DNA from: Eledone cirrhosa
Lineage: Eukaryota
DNA: 64,000 nucleotides
Assembly: GCA_964016885.1 (NCBI GenBank)
Contig: OZ024744.1
Location: forward strand, 128,340,001-128,404,000
Direction of reading: 5' to 3'
In this document: piece by piece, positions 37,401 through 49,400 of the stretch
Position numbering within the stretch: position 1 is the stretch's first letter
Layout of the letters: every line of letters starts with the position of its first letter
Made by a program: the position numbers and the translations under genes
Notes under the pieces: generated by a model
What the model was told of the DNA's origin: nothing
The model's input: the letters and a program-made list of their open reading frames with translations, nothing else
The model's database searches: none

Positions 37401-40400
37401 GTTATGTTAAGTTGGGGTTAAGTTAAGTTGGGGTTAAGTTAAGTTGCGGGTAAGATAAGTTGGGGCTAAGTTAAGTTGGGGCTAAGTCAAGTTGATGTTA
37501 AGTCAAGTTGAGGTTAACTTAAGTTGGGGTTAAGTTAAGTTGGGGTTAAATTAAGTTGAGGTTAAGTTAATTTGGGGTTAAGTTAAGTTGGGGTTAAGTT
37601 AAGTTGGGGGTAAGATAAGTTGGGGCTAAGTTAAGTTGGGGCTAAGTCAAGTTGGGGTTAAGTCAAGTTGAGGTTAACTTAAGTTGGGGTTAAGTTAAGT
37701 TGGGGTTAAGTTAAGTTGGGGTTAAGGTAAGTTGGGGTTAAGTTAAGTTGGGGCTAAGTTAAGTTGGGGCTAAGTTAAGTTGGGGCTGAGTTAAGTTGGG
37801 GTTAAGTTGGGGTTCAGTTAAGTTGGGGTTAAGTTAAGTTGGGAGTAAGTTAAGTTGGGGTTAAGTTAAGTTCGGGTTGAGTTAAGTTGGGGTTAAGTTA
37901 AGTTGGGGTTAATTTAAGTTGGGGTTAAGTTAAGTTGGGGTTAAGATAAGTTGGGGTTAAGTTAAGTTGGGGTTAAGTTAAGTTGGGGTTGAGTTAATTT
38001 GGGGTTAAGTTAAGTTGGGGTTAACTTAAGTTGGGGTTAAGTTAAGTTGGGGTTAAGTTAAGTTGGGGGTAAGTTAAGTTGGGGGCAAGTTGAGTTGGGG
38101 TTAAGTTAAGTTGGGTTTAAGTTAAGTTGGGGCTAAGTTAAGTTGGGGCTAAGTTAAGTTGGGGCTGAGTTAAGTTGGGGTTAAGTTAAGTTGGGGTTGA
38201 GTTAAGTTGGGGTTAACTTAAGTTGGGGTTAAGTTGGGGTTAAGTTAAGTTGGGGTTAAATTAAGTTGGGGTTAGTTAAGTTGGGGCAAGTTAAGTTGGG
38301 GTTAATTTAAGTTGGGGTTAATTTAAGTTGGGGTTATGTTAAGTTGGGGTTAAGTTAAGTTGGGGTTAAGTTAAGTTGGGGGTAAGTTAAGTTGGGGTTA
38401 AGTTAAGTTGGGGGTAAGTTAAGTTGAGGGTAAGTTAAGTTGGGGTTAAGTCAAGTTGGGGTTAAGTTAAGTTGGGGTTAAGTTAAGTTGGGGTTGAGTT
38501 AAGTTGGGGTTGAGTTAAGTTGGGGTTAAGTTAAGTTGGGTGTAAGTTAAGTTGGGGTTAAGTTAAGTTGGGGTTAAGTTAAGTTGGGGTTAAGTTAAGT
38601 TGGGGGTAAGTTAAGTTGGGGGCAAGTTAAGTTGGGGTTAAGTTAAGTTGGGGTTAATTTAAGTTGGGGTTAAGTTAAGTTGCGGTTAAGTTAAGTTGGG
38701 GTTAAGTTAAGTTGGGGTTAAGTTAAGTTGGGGGTGAGTTAAGTTGGGGTTAAGTTAAGTTGGGGTTAAATTAAGTTGAGGTTAAGTTAATTTGGGGTTA
38801 AGTTAAGTTGGGGTTAAGTTAAGTTGGGGGTAAGATAAGTTGGGGCTAAGTTAAGTTGGGGCTAAGTCAAGTTGGGGTTAAGTCAAGTTGAGGTTAACTT
38901 AAGTTGGGGTTAAGTTAAGTTGGGGTTAAGGTAAGTTGGGGTTAAGTTAAGTTGGGGTTAAGTTAAGTTGGGGTTAAGTTAAGTTGGGGTTAAGTTAAGT
39001 TAGGGTTAATTTCATTGGGGTTATGTTAAGTTGGGGTTAAGTTAAGTTGGGGTTAAGTTAAGTTGAGGTTAAGTTAAGTTGGAGTTAAGTTAAGTTGGGG
39101 TTAAGCTAAGTTGGGGTTAAGTTAATTTGCGGTTAAGTTAGGTTGTGGGTTAAGTTAAGTTGGGGTTAAGTTAAGCTGGGGTTAAGTTAGGGTAAGTTAA
39201 GTTGGGGGTAAGTTAAGTTGGGGTTAAGTTAAGTTGGGGTTAAGTTAGGTTGGGGTTAAGTTAAGTTGGGGTTAAGTTAAGTTGGGGTTGAGTTAAGTTG
39301 GGGTTGAGTTAAGTTGGGGTTAAGTTAAGTTGGGGTTAAGTTAAGTTGGGGTTAAGTTAAGTTGGGGTTAATTTAAGTTGGGGTTAAGTTAAGTTGTGGG
39401 TAAGTTAAGTTGGGGGCAAGTTAAGTTGGGGTTAAGTTAAGTTGGGGTTAAGTTAAGTTGGTGTTAAGTTAAGTTGGGGTTAAGTTAAGTTGGGGTTAAG
39501 TTAAGTTGGGGTTAAGTTAAGTTAGGGTTAATTTCAGTTGGGGTTATGTTAATTTGGGGTTAAGTTAAGTTGGGGTTAAGTTAAAGTTGGGGTTAAGTTA
39601 AGTTGGGGTAAAGTTAAGTTAGGGTTAAGTTAAGTTGGGGTTAAGTTAAGTTGGGGTTAAATTAAGTTGGGGTTCAGTTAAGTTGGGGTTAAATTAAGTT
39701 GGGGTTAAGTTAAGTTGGGGTTAGTTAAGTTGGGGTTAAGTTAAGTTGGGGTTAAGTTAAGTTGGGGTTAAGTTAAGTTGGGGTTAAGTTAAGTTGGCGT
39801 TAAGTTAAGTTGGGGTTAAGTTAAGTTCGGGTTGAGTTAAGTTGGGGTTAAGTTAAGTTGGGGTTAAGTTAAGTTGGGGTTAAGTTAAGTTGGGGTTAAG
39901 ATAAGTTGGGGTTAAGTTAAGTTGGCGTTAATTTCAGTTGGGGTTGAGTTAATTTGGGTTTAAGTTAAGTTGGGCTAAACTTAAGTTGGGGTTAAGTTGG
40001 GGTTAAGTTAAGTTGGGGTTAAGTTAAGTTGGGGGTAAGTTAAGTTGGGGGCAAGTTAAGTTGGGGTTAATTTAAGTTGGGGTTAAGTTAAGTTGGGGTT
40101 AAGTTAAGTTGGGGGTAACTTAAGTTGGGGTTAAGTTAAGTTGAGGGTAAGTTAAGTTGAGGGTAAGTTAAATTGAGGTTAAGTTAAGTTGGGGTTAAGT
40201 TAAGTTGGGGGTAAGTTAAGTTGGGGGTAAATTAAGTTGGGGTTAACTTAAGTTGGGGTTAAGTTAAGTTGGGGTTAAGTTAAGTTGGGGTTAAGGTAAG
40301 TTGGGGTTAAGTTAAGTTGGGGCTAAGTTAAGTTGGGGCTAAGTTAAGTTGGGGCTGAGTTAAGTTGGGGTTAAGTTGGGGTTGAGTTAAGTTGGGGTTA

Positions 40401-43400
40401 AGTTAAGTTGGGATTAAGTTAAGTTGGGGTTAAGTTAAGTTCGGGTTGAGTTAAGTTGGGGTTAAGTTAAGTTGGGGTTAATTTAAGTTGGGGTTAAGTT
40501 AAGTTGGGGTTAAGATAAGTTGGGGTTAAGTTAAGTTGGGGTTAAGTTAAGTTGGGGTTGAGTTAATTTGGGGTTAAGTTAAGTTGGGGTTAACTTAAGT
40601 TGGGGTTAAGTTAAGTTGGGGTTAAGTTAAGTTGGGGGTAAGTTAAGTTGGGGGCAAGTTGAGTTGGGGTTAAGTTAAGTTGGGGTTAAGTTAAGGTGGG
40701 GGTAAGTTAAGTTGGGGGTAAGTTAAGTTGGGGCTAAGTTAAGATGGGGCTAAGTTAAGTTGGGGCTGAGTTAAGTTGGGGTTAAGTTAAGTTGGGGTTG
40801 AGTTAAGTTGGGGTTAACTTAAGTTGGGGTTAAGTTGGGGTTAAGTTAAGTTGGGGTTAAATTAAGTTGGGGGTTAGTTAAGTTGGGGCAAGTTAAGTTG
40901 GGGTTAATTTAAGTTGGGGTTAAGTTAAGTTGGGGTTATGTTAAGTTGGGGTTAAGTTAAGTTGGGGTTAAGTTAAGTTGGGGGTAAGTTAAGTTGGGGT
41001 TAAGTTAAGTTGGGGGTAAGTTAAGTTGAGGGTAAGTTAAGTTGGGGTTAAGTCAAGTTGGGGTTACGTTAAGTTGGGGTTAAGTTAAGTTGGGGTTCAG
41101 TTAAGTTGGGGTTGAGTTAAGTTGGGGTTGAGTTAAGTTGGGGTTAAGTTAAGTTGGGTGTAAGTTAAGTTGGGGTTAAGTTAAGTTGGGGTTAAGTTAA
41201 GTTGGGGTTAAGTTAAGTTGGGGGTAAGTTAAGTTGGGGGCAAGTTAAGTTGGGGTTAAGTTAAGTTGGGGTTAAGTTAACTTGGGGTTAAGTTAAGTTG
41301 GGGTTAAGTTAAGTTGGGGTTAAGTTAAGTTGGGGTTAAGTTAAGTTGGGGTTAAGTTAAGTTGGGGGTAAGTTAAGTTGGGGTTAAGTTAAGTTGGGGT
41401 TAAATTAAGTTGAGGTTAAGTTAATTTGGGGTTAAGTTAAGTTGGGGTTAAGTTAAGTTGGGGGTAAGATAAGTTGGGGCTAAGTTAAGTTGGGGCTAAG
41501 TCAAGTTGGGGTTAAGTCAAGTTGAGGTTAACTTAAGTTGGGGTTAAGTTAAGTTGGGGTTAAGTTAAGTTGGGGTTAAGGTAAGTTGGGGTTAAGTTAA
41601 GTTGGGGTTAAGTTAAGTTGGGGTTAAGTTAAGTTGGGGTTAAGTTAAGTTAGGGTTAATTTCAGTTGGGGTTATGTTAAGTTGGGGTTAAGTTAAGTTG
41701 GGGTTAAGTTAAGTTGGGGTTAAGTTGGGGTTAAGTTAAGTTGGGGTTAAGTTAAGTTGGGGGTAAGTTAAGTTGGGGGCAAGTTAAGTTGGGGTTAATT
41801 TAAGTTGGGGTTAAGTTAACTTGGGGTTATGTTAAGTTGGGGTTAAGTTAAGTTGGGGTTAAGTTAAGTTGGGGGTAACTTAAGTTGGGGTTAAGTTAAG
41901 TTGAGGGTAAGTTAAGTTGAGGGTAAGTTAAATTGAGGTTAAGTTAAGTTGGGGTTAAGTTAAGTTGGGGGTAAGTTAAGTTGGGGGTAAGTTAAGTTGG
42001 GGTTAAGTTAAGATGGGGTTAAATTAAGTTGAGGTTAAGTTAATTAGGGTTAAGTTAAGTTGGGGTTAAGTTAAGTTGGGGGTAATATAAGTTGGGGTTG
42101 AGTTAATTTGGGGTTAAGTTAAGTTGGGGTTAACTTAAGTTGGGGTTAAGTTAAGTTGGGGTTAAGTTAAGTTGGGTGTAAGTTAAGTTGGGGGCAAGTT
42201 GAGTTGGGGTTAAGTTAAGTTGGGGTTAAGTTAAGGTGGGGGTAAGTTAAGTTGGGGGTAAGTTAAGTTGGGGCTAAGTTAAGTTGGGGCTAAGTTAAGT
42301 TGGGGCTGAGTTAAGTTGGGGTTAAGTTAAGTTGGGGTTGAGTTAAGTTGGGGTTAACTTAAGTTGGGGTTAAGTTGGGGTTAAGTTAAGTTGGGGTTAA
42401 ATTAAGTTGGGGGTTAGTTAAGTTGGGGCAAGTTAAGTTGGGGTTGAGTTAAGTTGGGGTTAAATTAAGTTGGGGTTATGTTAAGTTGGGGTTAAGTTAA
42501 GTTGGGGTTAAGTTAAGTTGGGGTTGAGTTAAGTTGGGGTTAAATTAAGTTGGGGTTATGTTAAGTTGGGGTTAAGTTAAGTTGGGGTTAAGTTAAGTTG
42601 GGGGTAAGTTAAGTTGGGGTTAAGTTAAGTTGGGGGTAAGTTAAGTTGAGGGTAAGTTAAGTTGGGGTTAAGTCAAGTTGGGGTTAAGTTAAGTTGGGGT
42701 TAAGTTAAGTTGGGGTTCAGTTAAGTTGGGGTTGAGTTAAGTTGGGGTTAAGTTAAGTTGGGTGCAAGTTAAGTTGGGGTTAAGTTAAGTTGGGGTTAAG
42801 TTAAGTTGGGGTTAAGTTAAGTTGGGGGTAAGTTAAGTTGGGGGCAAGTTAAGTTGGGGTTAAGTTAAGTTGGGGTTAAGTTAACTTGGGGTTAAGTTAA
42901 GTTGGGGTTAAGTTAAGTTGGGGTTAAGTTAAGTTGGGGTTAAGTTAAGTTGGGGTTAAGTTAAGTTGGGGGTACGTTAAGTTGGGGTTAAGTTAAGTTG
43001 GGGTTAAATTAAGTTGAGGTTAAGTTAATTTGGGGTTAAGTTAAGTTGGGGTTAAGTTAAGTTGCGGGTAAGATAAGTTGGGGCTAAGTTAAGTTGGGGC
43101 TAAGTCAAGTTGGGGTTAAGTCAAGTTGAGGTTAACTTAAGTTGGGGTTAAGTTAAGTTGGGGTTAAGTTAAGTTGGGGTTAAGGTAAGTTGGGGTTAAG
43201 TTAAGTTGGGGTTAAGTTAAGTTGGGGTTAAGTTAAGTTGGGGTTAAGTTAAGTTAGGGTTAATTTCAGTTGGGGTTATGTTAAGTTGGGGTTAAGTTAA
43301 GTTGGGGTTAAGTTAAGTTGGGGTTAAGTTGGGGTTAAGTTAAGTTGGGGTTAAGTTAAGTTGGGGGTAAGTTAAGTTGGGGGCAAGTTAAGTTGGGGTT

Positions 43401-46400
43401 AATTTAAGTTGGGGTTAAGTTAACTTGGGGTTATGTTAAGTTGGGGTTAAGTTAAGTTGGGGTTAAGTTAAGTTGGGGGTAACTTAAGTTGGGGTTAAGT
43501 TAAGTTGAGGGTAAGTTAAGTTGAGGGTAAGTTAAATTGAGGTTAAGTTAAGTTGGGGTTAAGTTAAGTTGGGGGTAAGTTAAGTTGGGGGTAAGTTAAG
43601 TTGGGGTTAATTTAAGATGGGGTTAAATTAAGTTGAGGTTAAGTTAATTTGGGGTTAAGTTAAGTTGGGGTTAAGTTAAGTTGGGGGTAAGATAAGTTGG
43701 GGCTAAGTTAAGTTGGGGCTAAGTCAAGTTGGGGTTAAGTCAAGTTGAGGTTAACTTAAGTTGGGGTTAAGTTAAGTTGGGGTTAAGTTAAGTTGGGGTT
43801 AAGGTAAGTTGGGGTTAAGTTAAGTTGGGGCTAAGTTAAGTTGGGGCTAAGTTAAGTTGGGGCTGAGTTAAGTTGGGGTTAAGTTGGGGTTCAGTTAAGT
43901 TGGGGTTAAGTTAAGTTGGGAGTAAGTTAAGTTGGGGTTAAGTTAAGTTCGGGTTGAGTTAAGTTGGGGTTAAGTTAAGTTGGGGTTAATTTAAGTTGGG
44001 GTTAAGTTAAGTTGGGGTTAAGATAAGTTGGGGTTAAGTTAAGTTGGGGTTAAGTTAAGTTGGGGTTGAGTTAATTTGGGGTTAAGTTAAGTTGGGGTTA
44101 ACTTAAGTTGGGGTTAAGTTAAGTTGGGGTTAAGTTAAGTTGGGGGTAAGTTAAGTTGGGGGCAAGTTGAGTTGGGGTTAAGTTAAGTTGGGTTTAAGTT
44201 AAGTTGGGGCTAAGTTAAGTTGGGGCTAAGTTAAGTTGGGGCTGAGTTAAGTTGGGGTTAAGTTAAGTTGGGGTTGAGTTAAGTTGGGGTTAACTTAAGT
44301 TGGGGTTAAGTTGGGGTTAAGTTAAGTTGGGGTTAAATTAAGTTGGGGGTTAGTTAAGTTGGGGCAAGTTAAGTTGGGGTTAATTTAAGTTGGGGTTAAT
44401 TTAAGTTGGGGTTATGTTAAGTTGGGGTTAAGTTAAGTTGGGGTTAAGTTAAGTTGGGGGTAAGTTAAGTTGGGGTTAAGTTAAGTTGGGGGTAAGTTAA
44501 GTTGAGGGTAAGTTAAGTTGGGGTTAAGTCAAGTTGGGGTTAAGTTAAGTTGGGGTTAAGTTAAGTTGGGGTTGAGTTAAGTTGGGGTTGAGTTAAGTTG
44601 GGGTTAAGTTAAGTTGGGTGTAAGTTAAGTTGGGGTTAAGTTAAGTTGGGGTTAAGTTAAGTTGGGGGTAAGTTAAGTTGGGGGCAAGTTAAGTTGGCGT
44701 TAAGTTAAGTTGGGGTTAATTTAAGTTGGGGTTAAGTTAAGTTGCGGTTAAGTTAAGTTGGGGTTAAGTTAAGTTGGGGTTAAGTTAAGTTGGGGGTGAG
44801 TTAAGTTGGGGTTAAGTTAAGTTGGGGTTAAATTAAGTTGAGGTTAATTTAATTTGGGGTTAAGTTAAGTTGGGGTTAAGTTAAGTTGGGGGTAAGATAA
44901 GTTGGGGCTAAGTTAAGTTGGGGCTAAGTCAAGTTGGGGTTAAGTCAAGTTGAGGTTAACTTAAGTTGGGGTTAAGTTAAGTTGGGGTTAAGGTAAGTTG
45001 AGGTTAAGTTAAGTTGGGGTTAAGTTAAGTTGGGGTTAAGTTAAGTTGGGGTTAAGTTAAGTTAGGGTTAATTTCAGTTGGGGTTATGTTAAGTTGGGGT
45101 TAAGTTAAGTTGGGGTTAAGTTAAGTTGAGGTTAAGTTAAGTTGGAGTTAAGTTAAGTTGGGGTTAAGCTAAGTTGGGGTTAAGTTAATTTGCGGTTAAG
45201 TTAGGTTGTGGGTTAAGTTAAGTTGGGGTTAAGTTAAGCTGGGGTTAAGTTAGGGTAAGTTAAGTTGGGGGTAAGTTAAGTTGGGGTTAAGTTAAGTTGG
45301 GGTTAAGTTAGGTTGGGGTTAAGTTAAGTTGGGGTTAAGTTAAGTTGGGGTTGAGTTAAGTTGGGGTTGAGTTAAGTTGGGGTTAAGTTAAGTTGGGGTT
45401 AAGTTAAGTTGGGGTTAAGTTAAGTTGGGGTTAATTTAAGTTGGGGTTAAGTTAAGTTGTGGGTAAGTTAAGTTGGGGGCAAGTTAAGTTGGGGTTAAGT
45501 TAAGTTGGGGTTAAGTTAAGTTGGTGTTAAGTTAAGTTGGGGTTAAGTTAAGTTGGGGTTAAGTTAAGTTGGGGTTAAGTTAAGTTAGGGTTAATTTCAG
45601 TTGGGGTTATGTTAATTTGGGGGTAACTTAAGTTGGGGTTAAGTTAAGTTGAGGGTAAGTTAAGTTGAGGGTAAGTTAAATTGAGGTTAAGTTAAGTTGG
45701 GGTTAAGTTAAGTTGGGGGTAAGTTAAGTTGGGGGTAAATTAAGTTGGGGTTAAGTTAAGTTGGGGCTAAGTCAAGTTGGGGTTAAGTCAAGTTGAGGTT
45801 AACTTAAGTTGGGGTTAAGTTAAGTTGGGGTTAAGTTAAGTTGGGGTTAAGGTAAGTTGGGGTTAAGTTAAGTTGGGGCTAAGTTAAGTTGGGGCTAAGT
45901 TAAGTTGGGGCTGAGTTAAGTTGGGGTTAAGTTGGGGTTGAGTTAAGTTGGGGTTAAGGTAAGTTGGGGTTAAGATAAGTTGGGGTTAAGTTAAGTTGGG
46001 GTTAAGTTAAGTTGGGGTTGAGTTAATTTGGGGTTAAGTTAAGTTGGGGTTAACTTAAGTTGGGGTTAAGTTAAGTTGGGGTTAAGTTAAGTTGGGGGTA
46101 AGTTAAGTTGGGGGCAAGTTGAGTTGGGGTTAAGTTAAGTTGGGGTTAAGTTAAGGTGGGGGTAAGTTAAGTTGGGGGTAAGTTAAGTTGGGGCTAAGTT
46201 AAGATGGGGCTAAGTTAAGTTGGGGCTGAGTTAAGTTGGGGTTAAGTTAAGTTGGGGTTGAGTTAAGTTGGGGTTAACTTAAGTTGGGGTTAAGTTGGGG
46301 TTAAGTTAAGTTGGGGTTAAATTAAGTTGGGGGTTAGTTAAGTTGGGGCAAGTTAAGTTGGGGTTAATTTAAGTTGGGGTTAAGTTAAGTTGGGGTTATG

Positions 46401-49400
46401 TTAAGTTGGGGTTAAGTTAAGTTGGGGTTAAGTTAAGTTGGGGGTAAGTTAAGTTGGGGTTAAGTTAAGTTGGGGGTAAGTTAAGTTGAGGGTAAGTTAA
46501 GTTGGGGTTAAGTCAAGTTGGGGTTAAGTTAAGTTGGGGTTAAGTTAAGTTGGGGTTGAGTTAAGTTGGGGTTGAGTTAAGTTGGGGTTGAGTTAAGTTG
46601 GGGTTAAGTTAAGTTGGGTGTAAGTTAAGTTGGGGTTAAGTTAAGTTGGGGTTAAGTTAAGTTGGGGTTAAGTTAAGTTGGGGGTAAGTTAAGTTGGGGG
46701 CAAGTTAAGTTGGGGTTAATTTAAGTTGGGGTTAAGTTAACTTGGGGTTAAGTTAAGTTGGGGTTAAGTTAAGTTGGGGTTAAGTTAAGTTGGGGTTAAG
46801 TTAAGTTGGGGGTAAGTTAAGTTGGGGTTAAGTTAAGTTGGGGTTAAATTAAGTTGAGGTTAAGTTAATTTGGGGTTAATTTAAGTTGGGGTTAAGTTAA
46901 GTTGGGGGTAAGATAAGTTGGGGCTAAGTTAAGTTGGGGCTAAGTCAAGTTGGGGTTAAGTCAAGTTGAGGTTAACTTAAGTTGGGGTTAAGTTAAGTTG
47001 GGGTTAAGTTAAGTTGGGGTTAAGGTAAGTTGGGGTTAAGTTAAGTTGGGGTTAAGTTAAGTTGGGGTTAAGTTAAGTTGGGGTTAAGTTAAGTTAGGGT
47101 TAATTTCAGTTGGGGTTATGTTAAGTTGGGGTTAAGTTAAGTTGGGGTTAAGTTAAGTTGGGGTTAAGTTGGGGTTAAGTTAAGTTGGGGTTAAGTTAAG
47201 TTGGGGGTAAGTTAAGTTGGGGGCAAGTTAAGTTGGGGTTAATTTAAGTTGGGGTTAAGTTAACTTGGGGTTATGTTAAGTTGGGGTTAAGTTAAGTTGG
47301 GGTTAAGTTAAGTTGGGGGTAACTTAAGTTGGGGTTAAGTTAAGTTGAGGGTAAGTTAAGTTGAGGGTAAGTTAAATTGAGGTTAAGTTAAGTTGGGGTT
47401 AAGTTAAGTTGGGGGTAAGTTAAGTTGGGGGTAAGTTAAGTTGGGGTTAAGTTAAGATGGGGTTAAATTAAGTTGAGGTTAAGTTAATTAGGGTTAAGTT
47501 AAGTTGGGGTTAAGTTAAGTTGGGGGTAATATAAGTTGGGGTTGAGTTAATTTGGGGTTAAGTTAAGTTGGGGTTAACTTAAGTTGGGGTTAAGTTAAGT
47601 TGGGGTTAAGTTAAGTTGGGTGTAAGTTAAGTTGGGGGCAAGTTGAGTTGGGGTTAAGTTAAGTTGGGGTTAAGTTAAGGTGGGGGTAAGTTAAGTTGGG
47701 GGTAAGTTAAGTTGGGGCTAAGTTAAGTTGGGGCTAAGTTAAGTTGGGGCTGAGTTAAGTTGGGGTTAAGTTAAGTTGGGGTTGAGTTAAGTTGGGGTTA
47801 ACTTAAGTTGGGGTTAAGTTGGGGTTAAGTTAAGTTGGGGTTAATTAAGTTGGGGGTTAGTTAAGTTGGGGCAAGTTAAGTTGGGGTTGAGTTAAGTTGG
47901 GGTTAAATTAAGTTGGGGTTATGTTAAGTTGGGGTTAAGTTAAGTTGGGGTTAAGTTAAGTTGGGGTTGAGTTAAGTTGGGGTTAAATTAAGTTGGGGTT
48001 ATGTTAAGTTGGGGTTAAGTTAAGTTGGGGTTAAGTTAAGTTGGGGGTAAGATAAGTTGGGGTTAAGTTAAGTTGGGGGTAAGTTAAGTTGAGGGTAAGT
48101 TAAGTTGGGGTTAAGTCAAGTTGGGGTTAAGTTAAGTTGGGGTTAAGTTAAGTTGGGGTTCAGTTAAGTTGGGGTTGAGTTAAGTTGGGGTTAAGTTAAG
48201 TTGGGTGTAAGTTAAGTTGGGGTTAAGTTAAGTTGGGGTTAAGTTAAGTTGGGGTTAAGTTAAGTTGGGGGTAAGTTAAGTTGGGGGCAAGTTAAGTTGG
48301 GGTTAAGTTAAGTTGGGGTTAAGTTAACTTGGGGTTAAGTTAAGTTGGGGTTAAGTTAAGTTGGGGTTAAGTTAAGTTGGGGTTAAGTTAAGTTGGGGTT
48401 AAGTTAAGTTGGGGGTACGTTAAGTTGGGGTTAAGTTAAGTTGGGGTTAAATTAAGTTGAGGTTAAGTTAATTTGGGGTTAAGTTAAGTTGGGGTTAAGT
48501 TAAGTTGCGGGTAAGATAAGTTGGGGCTAAGTTAAGTTGGGGCTAAGTCAAGTTGGGGTTAAGTCAAGTTGAGGTTAACTTAAGTTGGGGTTAAGTTAAG
48601 TTGGGGTTAAGTTAAGTTGGGGTTAAGGTAAGTTGGGGTTAAGTTAAGTTGGGGTTAAGTTAAGTTGGGGTTAAGTTAAGTTGGGGTTAAGTTAAGTTAG
48701 GGTTAATTTCAGTTGGGGTTATGTTAAGTTGGGGTTAAGTTAAGTTGGGGTTAAGTTAAGTTGGGGTTAAGTTGGGGTTAAGTTAAGTTGGGGTTAAGTT
48801 AAGTTGGGGGTAAGTTAAGTTGGGGGCAAGTTAAGTTGGGGTTAATTTAAGTTGGGGTTAAGTTAACTTGGGGTTATGTTAAGTTGGGGTTAAGTTAAGT
48901 TGGGGTTAAGTTAAGTTGGGGGTAACTTAAGTTGGGGTTAAGTTAAGTTGAGGGTAAGTTAAGTTGAGGGTAAGTTAAATTGAGGTTAATTTAAGTTGGG
49001 GTTAAGTTAAGTTGGGGGTAAGTTAAGTTGGGGGTAAGTTAAGTTGGGGTTAAGTTAAGATGGGGTTAAATTAAGTTGAGGTTAAGTTAATTTGGGGTTA
49101 AGTTAAGTTGGGGTTAAGTTAAGTTGGGGGTAAGATAAGTTGGGGCTAAGTTAAGTTGGGGCTAAGTCAAGTTGGGGTTAAGTCAAGTTGAGGTTAACTT
49201 AAGTTGGGGTTAAGTTAAGTTGGGGTTAAGTTAAGTTGGGGTTAAGGTAAGTTGGGGTTAAGTTAAGTTGGGGCTAAGTTAAGTTGGGGCTAAGTTAAGT
49301 TGGGGCTGAGTTAAGTTGGGGTTAAGTTGGGGTTCAGTTAAGTTGGGGTTAAGTTAAGTTGGGAGTAAGTTAAGTTGGGGTTAAGTTAAGTTCGGGTTGA

